Shown here one piece after another: positions 8,136 through 17,700 of a stretch of 34,160 nucleotides of DNA (within the stretch, counting starts at the first letter, position 1; every line of letters begins with the position of its first letter). The position numbers and the translations under genes were made by a program. A model generated the notes under the pieces. It had not been told where the DNA came from. It saw nothing but the letters and a program-made list of their open reading frames with translations, and did no database searches. Origin of the DNA: Verrucomicrobiota bacterium (GTDB taxonomy: Bacteria > Verrucomicrobiota > Verrucomicrobiia > Verrucomicrobiales > Akkermansiaceae). The stretch covers positions 1 to 34,160 of the forward strand of contig JBEDKU010000223.1 of the NCBI GenBank assembly GCA_041172045.1, given 5' to 3'.

Positions 8136-11100
8136 TCACTCAGCAGCGACGCGGACGAGGAGCGAGGGCGCGGTGAACGGCGCTCCGGTCAGTGTCACCA
8201 CCACGGTTTCGTTGCTGCCAGCAGGCGTTGCGACTTGGCCCAAGGTGGCGGCGGTGTCCTCCGTCCAACTGTTCGTGATGAGGGAGGTGGAGGTGAAGAT
8301 CCTATAGGTGAGGTTGGTTCCGGCACGACGCCGGTAGGTGAAGGTGCCGTTGGTTTTGTCGAGTTGAACGAGGATAGGATTGACCGAGGAGCCGTCGAGC
8401 GGGTCGAGACCGAAGGCGAACTCCTGTTGATTGGTGCGTCCGTCGTGGTCGTTGTCGGCGGATGGACTGGAGACATCGGCAGTCAGGAACGAATCCGCCC
8501 ACTGGGTGTAGGGCGTTCCGGGTCCGGGAGGAACACTGATGGTGCCGGGACCGGTGATGGCGGAGGTGGGAATGATGGGGAAAACGCTGGTGACGTTTCC
8601 ATAGGTTCTTCCGGATGCTTGTATGACGCCGTTGATGATCAGGCTGGCGACGGTGTCGTTGCCGGGGTTTGGCAGATTGAGGGTGGCGGCACCCGGACTG
8701 GACAAGGTGCCGATGGTGACCGTGGAGGCGTCCGCGAAGTCGGGAGTTGTGACGCTGAGAATTCCCTGCCCGATGGTGGTGTTGCCGGTGTAAGTGTTGG
8801 TTCCCGAGAGGACGAGGGTGCCGGCGCTGGTCTTTGCCAAATCTCCGCCGCCGTTGATCTGGGCGACGTTTTTCAAGGTGCCTGATCCAAGGGTCAGGGT
8901 GATGGAGTTGGCCAGGCTGCCGATGTTGCCTGCGGTCATGTCGAGGGTGCCGCCGTTGAGGATGACGGTGGCGGTGGTGGCAGTGCCGCCGCCTTTGGAG
9001 ATGTCTCCGCTCACCGTGGTGGTGCCACCGGTTAGAATGAGAGTCGCATTCGTCGTTGCCGAGCCCCCGCCGCTGCTGGTCGCCATCGTGATCGCATCAA
9101 ACGTCGCGCTGCCGCCGCCAATGTTGAGGGTGGCATTGATCGCGCCAGAGGTTGAAGCGGGTTGAGCGTTGACGGCCATGTCGAGCGTGCCGACTTCAAG
9201 CGTTCCGGTATCGAAGTTTAAACTCGCGGTGGCATTGGCGACTGTGCCGGTTGAATTCCGTCTGGCTATGGTCAGCGTGCCAATCCTGGCATCAACGGCG
9301 TGACCGGCGAAGTTTGCGGTCGCGGTAAGGTTGTTTGATGTGCCGAACGAGGTGTTGATTAGATTGACCGCTTCAACGGTAGACGTTCCGTCCGCGGCAC
9401 GGAGCTTCAGGGTGCCGGTGCTTGTTTCAAATGAGAGATCACCGTTGCCACGCCCTCCGCCTGCGTTGGCTCCGACGGAAATCGTATTGGCACGGAGGGT
9501 GTTTTCCGTGCTGCCAAGTTTCAGGGCATGCGTGCCCCCTCTTCCCGCCCTGTCGCCCACACCGAGGATGTCCGCGGTGATGCTGCTGGTATTGGCGAGT
9601 TTCACGGTGGCGAGCGCACCGGCGGTTGTGGTATTGGTCGCACCCAGGCGGAAAACCCCGGACTCACCCAGGTTGGCGGTGAAATTGCCGAGCCCGCTCA
9701 TGTCCAGGCTGGTTGTGGTGGTGTTGGCTGTCGGCGTCGTTTGTCCGACTTGAAACTCGGTGCCGCTCACCGTGAGTGTCCCAGTGGTGCCCGTGATTGT
9801 TAGGTCTGTCGGATTTGCCGTATCCACGCTTCCGGAGAGGCGGAAGTTTCCATCCACGGCCAGGGTCTGTCCTGCGGCGATCTGGGTGCTGTGCTGGAGG
9901 CTGGCGCTCTCATGGCTGTGGGTGAGAGAGGCGATCGAAATGCTCGCGCCCACGGTATTGGTGGTGCCTGAGACCGCTGCGCCTGAGAGATTGAATGTGA
10001 CGTGATCACCGCTGGCGGCGGCATCATCGCTCCAGTTGTTGACTGTGGACCAGTTGCTGTCGCCACCACCGGCATCCCAGGTGATGGCGGCGGGGACGAA
10101 CGGTGCCTGGGTCACGTCAACGGCGTTGGCGAGGCTGGTTCTGCTCAGCGCATTGCTGTCGGTGGCGACCGCCGTTAGAATGTGAGGGCCGGCTGCAAGT
10201 GTGGTGGTAATCGAGTAGGGTGCGGTCGCATCCGTGCCGAGAAGGGTGGTGCCGGAGTAGAAGCTGACGCTGGTCACCGTGCCATCCGTTGGAAGCGCAT
10301 CGGCGGTGATCGTGCTCGCCCCGGCCTGGCTGATGACGTCTCCGTCGGAGGGTGACGTGATCGTCACTTCGGGCGGCGTGTGACCGTAGGCGAGGCTGAG
10401 TTGTGGGCGGTTGGCAGCGGTGGCGTTTTCCCTGGAGGCGTAGTTGACGATGCCGTTCGAGGTCTCGGTGGTGGCATGGACTTTGAATGAAACAAGTCCG
10501 CTCGCGGGGATGGCGCTGGTGACATCCGTACTGCTGGTGGTGTTCACTGCCGGTGTCCAAGTGCTGATCGGATTGCCGGTTTCGGGTTTATGGTTCCAAT
10601 CGATGTCAGTTTCGATCCAGGTGTTGCTGTCCACTTTTACCACGGCGTGGATGCCGGGCACGGTGGCGGTGAGGGCGTAAAGCTTCATGGTCGCGCCTAG
10701 CAGAACACCATTCGCGGGAGGCACATCAAATCGCAGGAAGCTCTCCCGGTTGAAGCCTGTGCCGGCTTTTTTCACGAGGATCTTGTCTTGCGTACCGAAG
10801 TTTGAGTCCACCGAGTCCGCCCTGTCATAGACGTAGCTATCGGCCACGGGCGTGAGGTTCACCACGGTGGGGGTGAGCTTGTAAAAGCGGGCTTTGAAGG
10901 TCTTTCCAGCGGAGCCCGCCGTGGCGACGGTCATCGTGATCGTGGGCGAGCTTTGCGTGACGGTGACGCCCGCGTCCGCGCTGACGAGGGTGCCGCCATC
11001 AAGGGCGATTTGCAGGTCGATGCCGGTGGTGTTGAGCTGGGTGGGATCACTCACGCTCACGTCGATGAAGGGGCCGTCGTCGCGCACGAGCACGCTTGCC

Positions 11101-13259
11101 TTTTTATTCGAAGTAATCCCGCCATAGCTGTAGGTGGTGTCAGTCCAAAAGTTCGCGGCGGTGATGCCGAGCGTGTTCTCACGCACGGCCTGCACGTTGG
11201 CGTTGTTGTTCAGAACGGTGATTTGCGGCGCGGCGGCGTAGTTGCCGGTGCGTTTGGCGCTGCGGCCGGGGAGCAGGACGTATTGATAGGTGGTGCCGGC
11301 GGGACTGTTGCCGTGCTCGAAGCCAAGGCGCAGGAAGTTGCGCGTCTCGATGGTGGTGCTGGCATTGACGTCAATTTCCGACGGAGAGGCCGAGCGTGAT
11401 TCACGCGCCGCGCGAATCGTCGGTGCTGTGGGGAAATAATAACCGATGTCGGAACCGCTGACGTTGCCTTGAAGATGCGCCCAACTTGTTGAGGCCATCG
11501 CTTCGGTCCAACCGAAGGCGGTGGATTTCGCCGTGCCGTTCACCGTGAATGCGTTGCTGCCGTTGATCTTGCGGTTCTCCACCGTGGTCTCGATGGGGCG
11601 GGCATCCGTGCTGGTGATGCCCGCGCCGAGGCAGACGATCTCGTCATCGAACATGAACCACGATTTTTTTCCCGTGAGAGTGACGCCCACGCCTCTGAAC
11701 TGCATGCCCGCCGCGCCGAACTTGCCGAGCGTCGCGCCGCCCGCCCAACTGTGTGGCGAGAGCGTGCTCTCCCCTTGGGCTCTCGGGCCGATGGATGCTG
11801 CAACATTGGGGAGTTTCGAATGTGTCACATCCGCCGTCACGCCGGGCAGGCGATACGCGTCGATGGTGCAGTTGGTATCGTCGCCGAACTGGTTGAGATC
11901 GCCGTTGTAGAGCGTGGTCATGCCGTCGCCAGTGAACCAGCCGCGCAGGTTGTTGCCATTGATGGATTCAAAGTTCGCGATGCGCGTGCTGCACATGCTG
12001 AGACCAAAACAGTAACCTTTTCCCAGATGCACCACGCGATCCATTTCCGGGAAAGTATAGTGTTCTATCAACTCACCCCGGCGGACGATGTTGTTATCAG
12101 CCATCAGGTTCTTGGTCATGGTCATTGTGGATAGCGGGCGTCCGCTGGCGAAGTCGCGGACTGTATCGCTGAGCGCCCACTCTTTGATCATGCGCTTCAT
12201 TCGCAGCGATTCGGCCGGGGGGGCGAACTGGGCGATCTGCAACACGGAATCCATGATGGTGTGTCCTGTTCCCTGGGGATCGCCGGCGCGCCCTGCCTCG
12301 CGACCCCGCACCAGATCGAGTGCAGCACCGTTGTAGATGATCGGTTCATAGGAGTCGAAGACCCAGGAGAATACGTTGCTCTGCATGGGATCGGTCACGG
12401 CCCACGTGGATCCGCTTAGCCAGTTCATCACCGGTGCCATCGAGGCGAGAAGCCCGCTGCCATATGCTGCCGTGTACGGGTGGTTGGTATGCTGGATGAA
12501 CGAGCCATCTTGATAGAATCCGTCGCCCGTCGTGACATAGACAAAGAGATTGCTGATCGCATCGCGCGCGGCAGTTAGCTTGGCCGCATCTTTTACCACG
12601 CAGCCGCGCACGCCCACGATGCGGATCTTCAACATTCGGTTCGAGCCCGTGAAACTTCCCGTCGTTCCTCCCGCTGCCGGAGTTGTGGCCGAGGGTGTGA
12701 ATTTTTCCACAGCACCCATGAAGTTGCTGATCTGTGTGGGGCTGAGCTGATCGTAGAGCAGCACCGCGATATCGACGAGTTGGATCGGCGCGCCGATTTC
12801 GAATTCGTACCAATTGTCGTAGATCGACTTCGTCGCGTTGTAACGGTTCGCGTGCATCCAATCGAGCCCGCCCAGCGTGTCGGCCAGCAGCGTGGCATTC
12901 CCTTGCAACGAGCAGCCTGGCGTGGCGTAAGCGAGCGCCATGCTGCGCAGCCGCTGGTAGCTGTAGTTGATGTGGATGGAAACCGTCGTGCTGGCCAGAT
13001 CGGACCAGAGGAAGGTCCGTGTGGGAGATTTATCCATCGACGACCAGTTCGAGTTCGCCGCGTTCGCGATGGAGTTCAAGCGCGAGATAACCGTCGTGTC
13101 CGCGGTGTCGTAGCCGGTGCCGACGATGGTGTCCCGCCACTTGAGACGCAGGTCGTCGTATTCATCCGCCCGGGCGAAAGACACGAGGAGCAGGGTCGCG
13201 AGGACGACGAGAAATCGACCAGCAACGACGGGCAGGTTGGTGCGAACTGGGTTTCTCAC
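8136..13259 (-). CDS. Multimodular polysaccharide lyase family 8 (xanthan/hyaluronate lyase-like) + DNRLRE (CBM96-like) domain + Ig-like domain + shared beta-solenoid module + C-terminal domain (paralogue 3, ~1707 aa)
   Basis: Signal peptide ending SFARA; ADEYDDLRLKW; NWYEFEIGAP; TGSNR; GDGFYQDGSFIQHTNHPYTAAYG (catalytic His/Tyr); KKSWFMFDDEIVCLG; VADSYV...NFG...RESFLRFD; PPEVTITSP...VSFYSGTTLLGTDATAPYS; ITWDAGGGD. Start moved to GTG 13259 because ATG 13274 lies inside promoter D. Confidence 0.92.
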   Translation of the reverse strand: MRNPVRTNLPVVAGRFLVVLATLLLVSFARADEYDDLRLKWRDTIVGTGYDTADTTVISRLNSIANAANSNWSSMDKSPTRTFLWSDLASTTVSIHINYSYQRLRSMALAYATPGCSLQGNATLLADTLGGLDWMHANRYNATKSIYDNWYEFEIGAPIQLVDIAVLLYDQLSPTQISNFMGAVEKFTPSATTPAAGGTTGSFTGSNRMLKIRIVGVRGCVVKDAAKLTAARDAISNLFVYVTTGDGFYQDGSFIQHTNHPYTAAYGSGLLASMAPVMNWLSGSTWAVTDPMQSNVFSWVFDSYEPIIYNGAALDLVRGREAGRAGDPQGTGHTIMDSVLQIAQFAPPAESLRMKRMIKEWALSDTVRDFASGRPLSTMTMTKNLMADNNIVRRGELIEHYTFPEMDRVVHLGKGYCFGLSMCSTRIANFESINGNNLRGWFTGDGMTTLYNGDLNQFGDDTNCTIDAYRLPGVTADVTHSKLPNVAASIGPRAQGESTLSPHSWAGGATLGKFGAAGMQFRGVGVTLTGKKSWFMFDDEIVCLGAGITSTDARPIETTVENRKINGSNAFTVNGTAKSTAFGWTEAMASTSWAHLQGNVSGSDIGYYFPTAPTIRAARESRSASPSEIDVNASTTIETRNFLRLGFEHGNSPAGTTYQYVLLPGRSAKRTGNYAAAPQITVLNNNANVQAVRENTLGITAANFWTDTTYSYGGITSNKKASVLVRDDGPFIDVSVSDPTQLNTTGIDLQIALDGGTLVSADAGVTVTQSSPTITMTVATAGSAGKTFKARFYKLTPTVVNLTPVADSYVYDRADSVDSNFGTQDKILVKKAGTGFNRESFLRFDVPPANGVLLGATMKLYALTATVPGIHAVVKVDSNTWIETDIDWNHKPETGNPISTWTPAVNTTSSTDVTSAIPASGLVSFKVHATTETSNGIVNYASRENATAANRPQLSLAYGHTPPEVTITSPSDGDVISQAGASTITADALPTDGTVTSVSFYSGTTLLGTDATAPYSITTTLAAGPHILTAVATDSNALSRTSLANAVDVTQAPFVPAAITWDAGGGDSNWSTVNNWSDDAAASGDHVTFNLSGAAVSGTTNTVGASISIASLTHSHESASLQHSTQIAAGQTLAVDGNFRLSGSVDTANPTDLTITGTTGTLTVSGTEFQVGQTTPTANTTTTSLDMSGLGNFTANLGESGVFRLGATNTTTAGALATVKLANTSSITADILGVGDRAGRGGTHALKLGSTENTLRANTISVGANAGGGRGNGDLSFETSTGTLKLRAADGTSTVEAVNLINTSFGTSNNLTATANFAGHAVDARIGTLTIARRNSTGTVANATASLNFDTGTLEVGTLDMAVNAQPASTSGAINATLNIGGGSATFDAITMATSSGGGSATTNATLILTGGTTTVSGDISKGGGTATTATVILNGGTLDMTAGNIGSLANSITLTLGSGTLKNVAQINGGGDLAKTSAGTLVLSGTNTYTGNTTIGQGILSVTTPDFADASTVTIGTLSSPGAATLNLPNPGNDTVASLIINGVIQASGRTYGNVTSVFPIIPTSAITGPGTISVPPGPGTPYTQWADSFLTADVSSPSADNDHDGRTNQQEFAFGLDPLDGSSVNPILVQLDKTNGTFTYRRRAGTNLTYRIFTSTSLITNSWTEDTAATLGQVATPAGSNETVVVTLTGAPFTAPSLLVRVAAE
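8935..10085 (-). repeat. Shared beta-solenoid module, copy 3 of 4 (approximate limits)
   Basis: ITWDAGGGDSNWSTVNNWSDD through ...TLDMTAG. Confidence 0.85.
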
Positions 13260-13264
13260 GGCTC

Positions 13265-13300
13265 CATACGGCATCCCGGGTCAAAACCTGACCCATTTTT
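13265..13300 (-). promoter_or_regulatory. Putative ECF-sigma promoter D
   Basis: Minus strand AAAAATGG GTCAG GTTTTGACCCGGGATGC CGTATG; -35 at 13288-13292, -10 at 13265-13270, spacer 17. Confidence 0.78.
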
Positions 13301-13322
13301 GGCAAAATGCATGGGATTTCCC

Positions 13323-14768
13323 CTAAGATTTCTTCTTCGTCGCGGGTGGCTTGTAGCTGGTGCCGTTGTCGGCCGGAAGCGAGCGATGCCATGCGACGAC
13401 TGCTGCGGTGAGTCGGGTGGTCTCGGCGGATTGGGTGGCAGCGAGGTTTTTCTTCTCCGATGGGTCGTCGTCGAGATCGTAGAGTTGGGGCGAAGATCCG
13501 TCGTATTTGCAAAGGAGCTTCAACTTGCCGTCGCGCACCGCGAGATCAGGGAGATTCTCATCACCGGAGAACGAGGCTCGGTCGGGCGGTCGCCGGAAAA
13601 AGAGCGGTCGGTCCCGCGAGGCCTCCGAGCGACCGAGGAGCGTCTCGTGCATGGAAACACCGTCGAAGACGGTGTCCGCCGGTGCGGAAACGCCGGCGAT
13701 TCTTAGGAGCGTGGGCGCGAGATCGATGGTGCCGAGGTGCGAGCTGCGGTTGGCGGTGCCGACTTTTTTCGGATCGGTGAAGCCGGGTCCCCAAACGACG
13801 AGCGGCGAGCGGATGCCGCCTTCGTAGAGCATGGCCTTGCTGCCGCGGAACGGGCCGGCCGAGCCGGCGCCGACTTCAGGGCCATTGTCGGAGCAAATGA
13901 GAATCAGGGTGTTGTCACGGAGTCTGGGATGGGAACGGATGCGTTCGAACAATTTGCCTAACTGATGATCCATCGACTCAAGAACCGAGTGATAGAGGCC
14001 GCGCTTGCCGTTGCGCCATTGATCGACCGGCGGCCAGAACGGGCTGTGCACATCATCCGGCCAAAGGTTCACGAAAAAGGGTTTCCCGTCGCGCACGGAA
14101 GCGTCGATGAACTTCAATGCGGCATCGGTGAAGCCGGTGGTGATTTGGGAGCGTTGCATCCAGGTGACCGGCTGGCCGAGTCGTTCGGCATCGGCCCAGA
14201 TGCGTCCGGGCTTGTCATCGCCGGGCTTGAGCGTGAGTGGGAGCAGCTTGGGGCCCATGCCCTCGAAATTGGTGAGCGAGGCGTCGAAACCATAAGCCGT
14301 GATCGGCGGCGCATCGTCCACGTCGCGCTGGCCGCCCATGTGCCACTTGCCGAAATGGCCGGTGGCGTAGCCTGCGCTCTGCAGCATGCGGGCGAGCATC
14401 GGAGCCTGCGGATCGAGCCACTGCGCCATGCCGCGGGCCGTGTTGACCTCGCGGAATTCAAGATAAGAGGAGATGCGCCAGCGCTGGGGATACTGGCCGG
14501 TGGAGAGACCGACGCGCGATGGCGAGCAGATCGGCGAGGCGGTGTAAAACTGCTCGAAACGCAGGCCCTCGGCGGCGAGGCGGTCGATGTTCGGGGTCTT
14601 GGCTTCTTTGTTTCCGAAGCAGGAAAAGTCCGCCCACCCCATGTCGTCGATGAGGATCATGACGATGTTGGGCCGGCGCGTGAGGCTGGCCTCGGCTGCC
14701 AGAGTGGCGGAGGCCAGGAGGAAAAACACCGCCGCAAGGGCGGGGAACATTTGGAGTGGAGATTTCAT
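13323..14768 (-). CDS. Formylglycine-dependent sulfatase (S1 family), secreted
   Basis: Signal peptide; RPNIVMILIDDMG; CSPSR signature; GYATGHFGKWHMG; SDNG; GSKAMLYEGGIR; QLYDLDDDPSEKKNLA. Starts 30 nt after the upstream stop, with no promoter motif in between. Confidence 0.95.
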   Translation of the reverse strand: MKSPLQMFPALAAVFFLLASATLAAEASLTRRPNIVMILIDDMGWADFSCFGNKEAKTPNIDRLAAEGLRFEQFYTASPICSPSRVGLSTGQYPQRWRISSYLEFREVNTARGMAQWLDPQAPMLARMLQSAGYATGHFGKWHMGGQRDVDDAPPITAYGFDASLTNFEGMGPKLLPLTLKPGDDKPGRIWADAERLGQPVTWMQRSQITTGFTDAALKFIDASVRDGKPFFVNLWPDDVHSPFWPPVDQWRNGKRGLYHSVLESMDHQLGKLFERIRSHPRLRDNTLILICSDNGPEVGAGSAGPFRGSKAMLYEGGIRSPLVVWGPGFTDPKKVGTANRSSHLGTIDLAPTLLRIAGVSAPADTVFDGVSMHETLLGRSEASRDRPLFFRRPPDRASFSGDENLPDLAVRDGKLKLLCKYDGSSPQLYDLDDDPSEKKNLAATQSAETTRLTAAVVAWHRSLPADNGTSYKPPATKKKS

Positions 14769-14798
14769 CAGTGATCTTTTGGAAACCGGGGAAGCGTC

Positions 14799-17700
14799 TC
14801 ATTCAGCGGCGACGCGGATGAAGAGTCTCGGTGCGGAAAAAGGCGCTCCAGTCAGTGTGACGGCCACGGTTTCATTGCTGCCGCTTGGTGTGGCGATCTG
14901 GCTCTGAGTGGCGGCGGTGTCCTCCGTCCAGTTCGCTGCAGCGAGCGTGGTGGAGGTGAAAATTTTGTAGGTCAAGCCAGTGGCGGCCCGGCGCTGATAG
15001 GCGAAGGTGCCGACGGCCTTGTCGGGCTGGACAAGGATGGGGTTGACCGATGCGCCATTGACCGGGCTGAGGCCGAAGGCGAACTCCTGTTGGTTGGTTA
15101 GACCGTCGTTGTCGTTGTCGCCTGCTGGATTGGACACGTCATTTCCGGGCAGGAAAACCTCCGCCCAATGGGTGTAAGGTGTGCCATGTCCGGGAACCGT
15201 GATGGTTCCGGGACCGGTGATGGCGGAGCTGGCGATGACCGGAAGAACGCTGGAAGCATTTCCATAGGTCCTTCCGGCGGGCTGCCCGACGCCATCGATG
15301 TTTAATGTGGCGACGATAGCGTTCCCTGCGTCCGGCAGGTTCAGGAAGGCGACTCCCGGATTTGCCAATGTGCCGATAGACACGGTGGAGGCACCATTGA
15401 AGTTCGGAGTGGAGACGCTCAGAATTCCCATCATGACGGTGGTGTTGCCGGAGTAGGTGTTGCCGGGGTTGGTGAGCACCCAGGTTCCGGTGCCTGTTTT
15501 GACGAGGCTTACCGGGGATGTCCCGTCGGAGATGACACCGCTTACGGTGTTGGCGCTCACCGAGGCACCTGAAAGTTCAAGGGTGCGAGAGGTTCCAGTT
15601 CCCGAAGCGATGGCTCCAGCAAGGTCGAGCGAACCGCCGTCACTGGTGACCGTGGTGGTGGCGTTGCCCGCGATGATCGTAATGGTGCCGTTGATGGTGT
15701 TGTCCCCCACTGTGTTGAGAATCGAGAGGCCGGCGGTGGTCATGCTGATTCCGGAGGGCAAGGTGATGTCACCGGCAGTGCCATCGAGATTGATGTAGGC
15801 ACCGTTTTGGACGTTCAGGTTTTTCACGCCCAGGCCGAAACTGCCGCTATGGGTGATTTTCACCTCGCCACCGAACAGGTTCATGCCGCCGGTGAAGGTG
15901 TTGTTTCCGGAGAGGACCAGATTGCCGCCACTGCTTTTTGAAAGGTCGCCGCCGCCATTGACCTGCGCGACATTTTTCAAAGCTCCGGACGCGAGGGTGA
16001 GAAGGACGTTATTGATCCCGCCGCCAATTTTTTTGTTAGACATGTCGAGCGTGCCGCCATCCAGAATGACCTTGGCCGAGGTGGTGCCGGTGCCGCCGAT
16101 CTTGATGATGTCTTCGGTCACCGTGGTGATGCCGCCGGTGAGGTTAAGCGTGGCATTCGTGGTGGAGCCGGCGGCCGCGGTGCTGGTCGCCATGTTGATC
16201 GCCGCGAAGCCGGCGGTTCCGCCACCGATGTTGATGGTGGCGTTGGTCGTACCCGCGTTCGTTCCATTCGCGTTGCGGCCCAACGTGACCGTACCGACTT
16301 CCAGCGTGCCGGCATCAAAGCTGAAGCTCGCGGTGGAGCCAGCACTGGTTCCCGTCCGAATCGCCATGTTCAGTGCGCTGATCTTGGCATCGACGCTGTG
16401 GCCGGTAAAATCCGCAGTCGCGCTGAGGAGGTTGCCCGTACCGAACGAGGTGTTGACGAGGTTGAAGGTGGTGACAGGTGAAGTCCCGTCCGCAGCCCGT
16501 AGAAGCAGTGAACCCGTGCCCGTTTCAAAGGAGAGGTCGCCATTTCCGCGACCGGCGACGGAGCCGATGTTGAAGGTGTTAGTATTAATGACATTCGCGC
16601 CGCTACCAAGCTTCATGACGTGCGTGCCTCCTCTTCCTGACCTGTCGCCCAGACCCAGCACATCGGTCGTGATGCTGCTTGCAGTGGCAAGCTTCATGGT
16701 CACCAGGGGACCAAAGGTTAGGCTCGTATTAGGGCCGACGCGGAATGTTCCACCACCACCCAGATTTGCGCTCAAGCTACCCAGACCGCTCATGTCGAGC
16801 AGGTTGGTAGTGCTGCCGGCTGTCGGTGTCGTTTGGCCGACTTGAAACGTGGATCCCCCCACCGTGAGCGCTCCCGTGCCGCCGGTGAGGGTCACATTCG
16901 TGGGAGCCGCCGCAGTGGCGCTTCCGGCGAGGAGGAAACTTCCGGCCACATCCAGCGTCTGGCCTGTGGCGATGCTTGTCGTGTGCTGGGTAGTGGAACT
17001 CTCGAAGTTATAGTTGAGGGAGGCGATGGATTGGCTGGAGGCCACGGTGTTGGTGGTGCCGTTTGCGAGGAGTCCGGCGGTATTGAAGGTAACGAAATCG
17101 CCAGTGGGTGAAGCGTCGTCGCTCCAATTCAGGAGGGTGGACCAGTTGTTGTCTCCACCACCGGCGTCCCATGTGACGGCAAGTCCGAATGGAGAAGCAT
17201 CGGCATTGATCGTCACCGTGTCCGAGTCGCTATAGGTGATCGCGGAAACGCCGTCGGTCTGCGAGGCGGAAAACCGGAGGACATAGGTTCCCGCCACCGG
17301 GAAGGCCACCGTGGTGGACGCTGCGAACGCGTTGGCGAATATCGCCGAACCGGGGCCGCTGTCTTGCGTCCAACCTGCGGTCATCGGGTAGTTGGAGGGC
17401 AAAGGCTGATGGATGGCGGCGTAGAGCTTGTGGCCAGCTCCGGCCGGGGCGGCTTCTTCGGCAAGAACCTCCACCTGAACGGGCTGCCAGGAAGGTGCTC
17501 CCGGAGGGGCGCCATTTCCCTGCCAGGTGGACAGTTCGGTGAAGATCGCTCCATTGCGCTGGCTCTGGGACGTGACGTTGAGCATGGCCGCCTTTCCGAG
17601 GCGATCCTCGAGCTGCTTGTAGTAAAGGCTGCGCGGGGTGATCGGGGTGTTCAACGATTCCCAGATGCCGAATGGCTCGTTTCCGATAGTCCATGGATTG

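Noticed and set aside
155-17235. Many long plus-strand ORFs rich in Val/Pro/Leu (e.g. 155..709, 1835..2392, 3909..4508, 15853..16845)
   Set aside because: Antisense shadows of the Thr/Gly/Asn-rich minus-strand genes; they repeat only because the real genes are paralogous and carry no family motifs.
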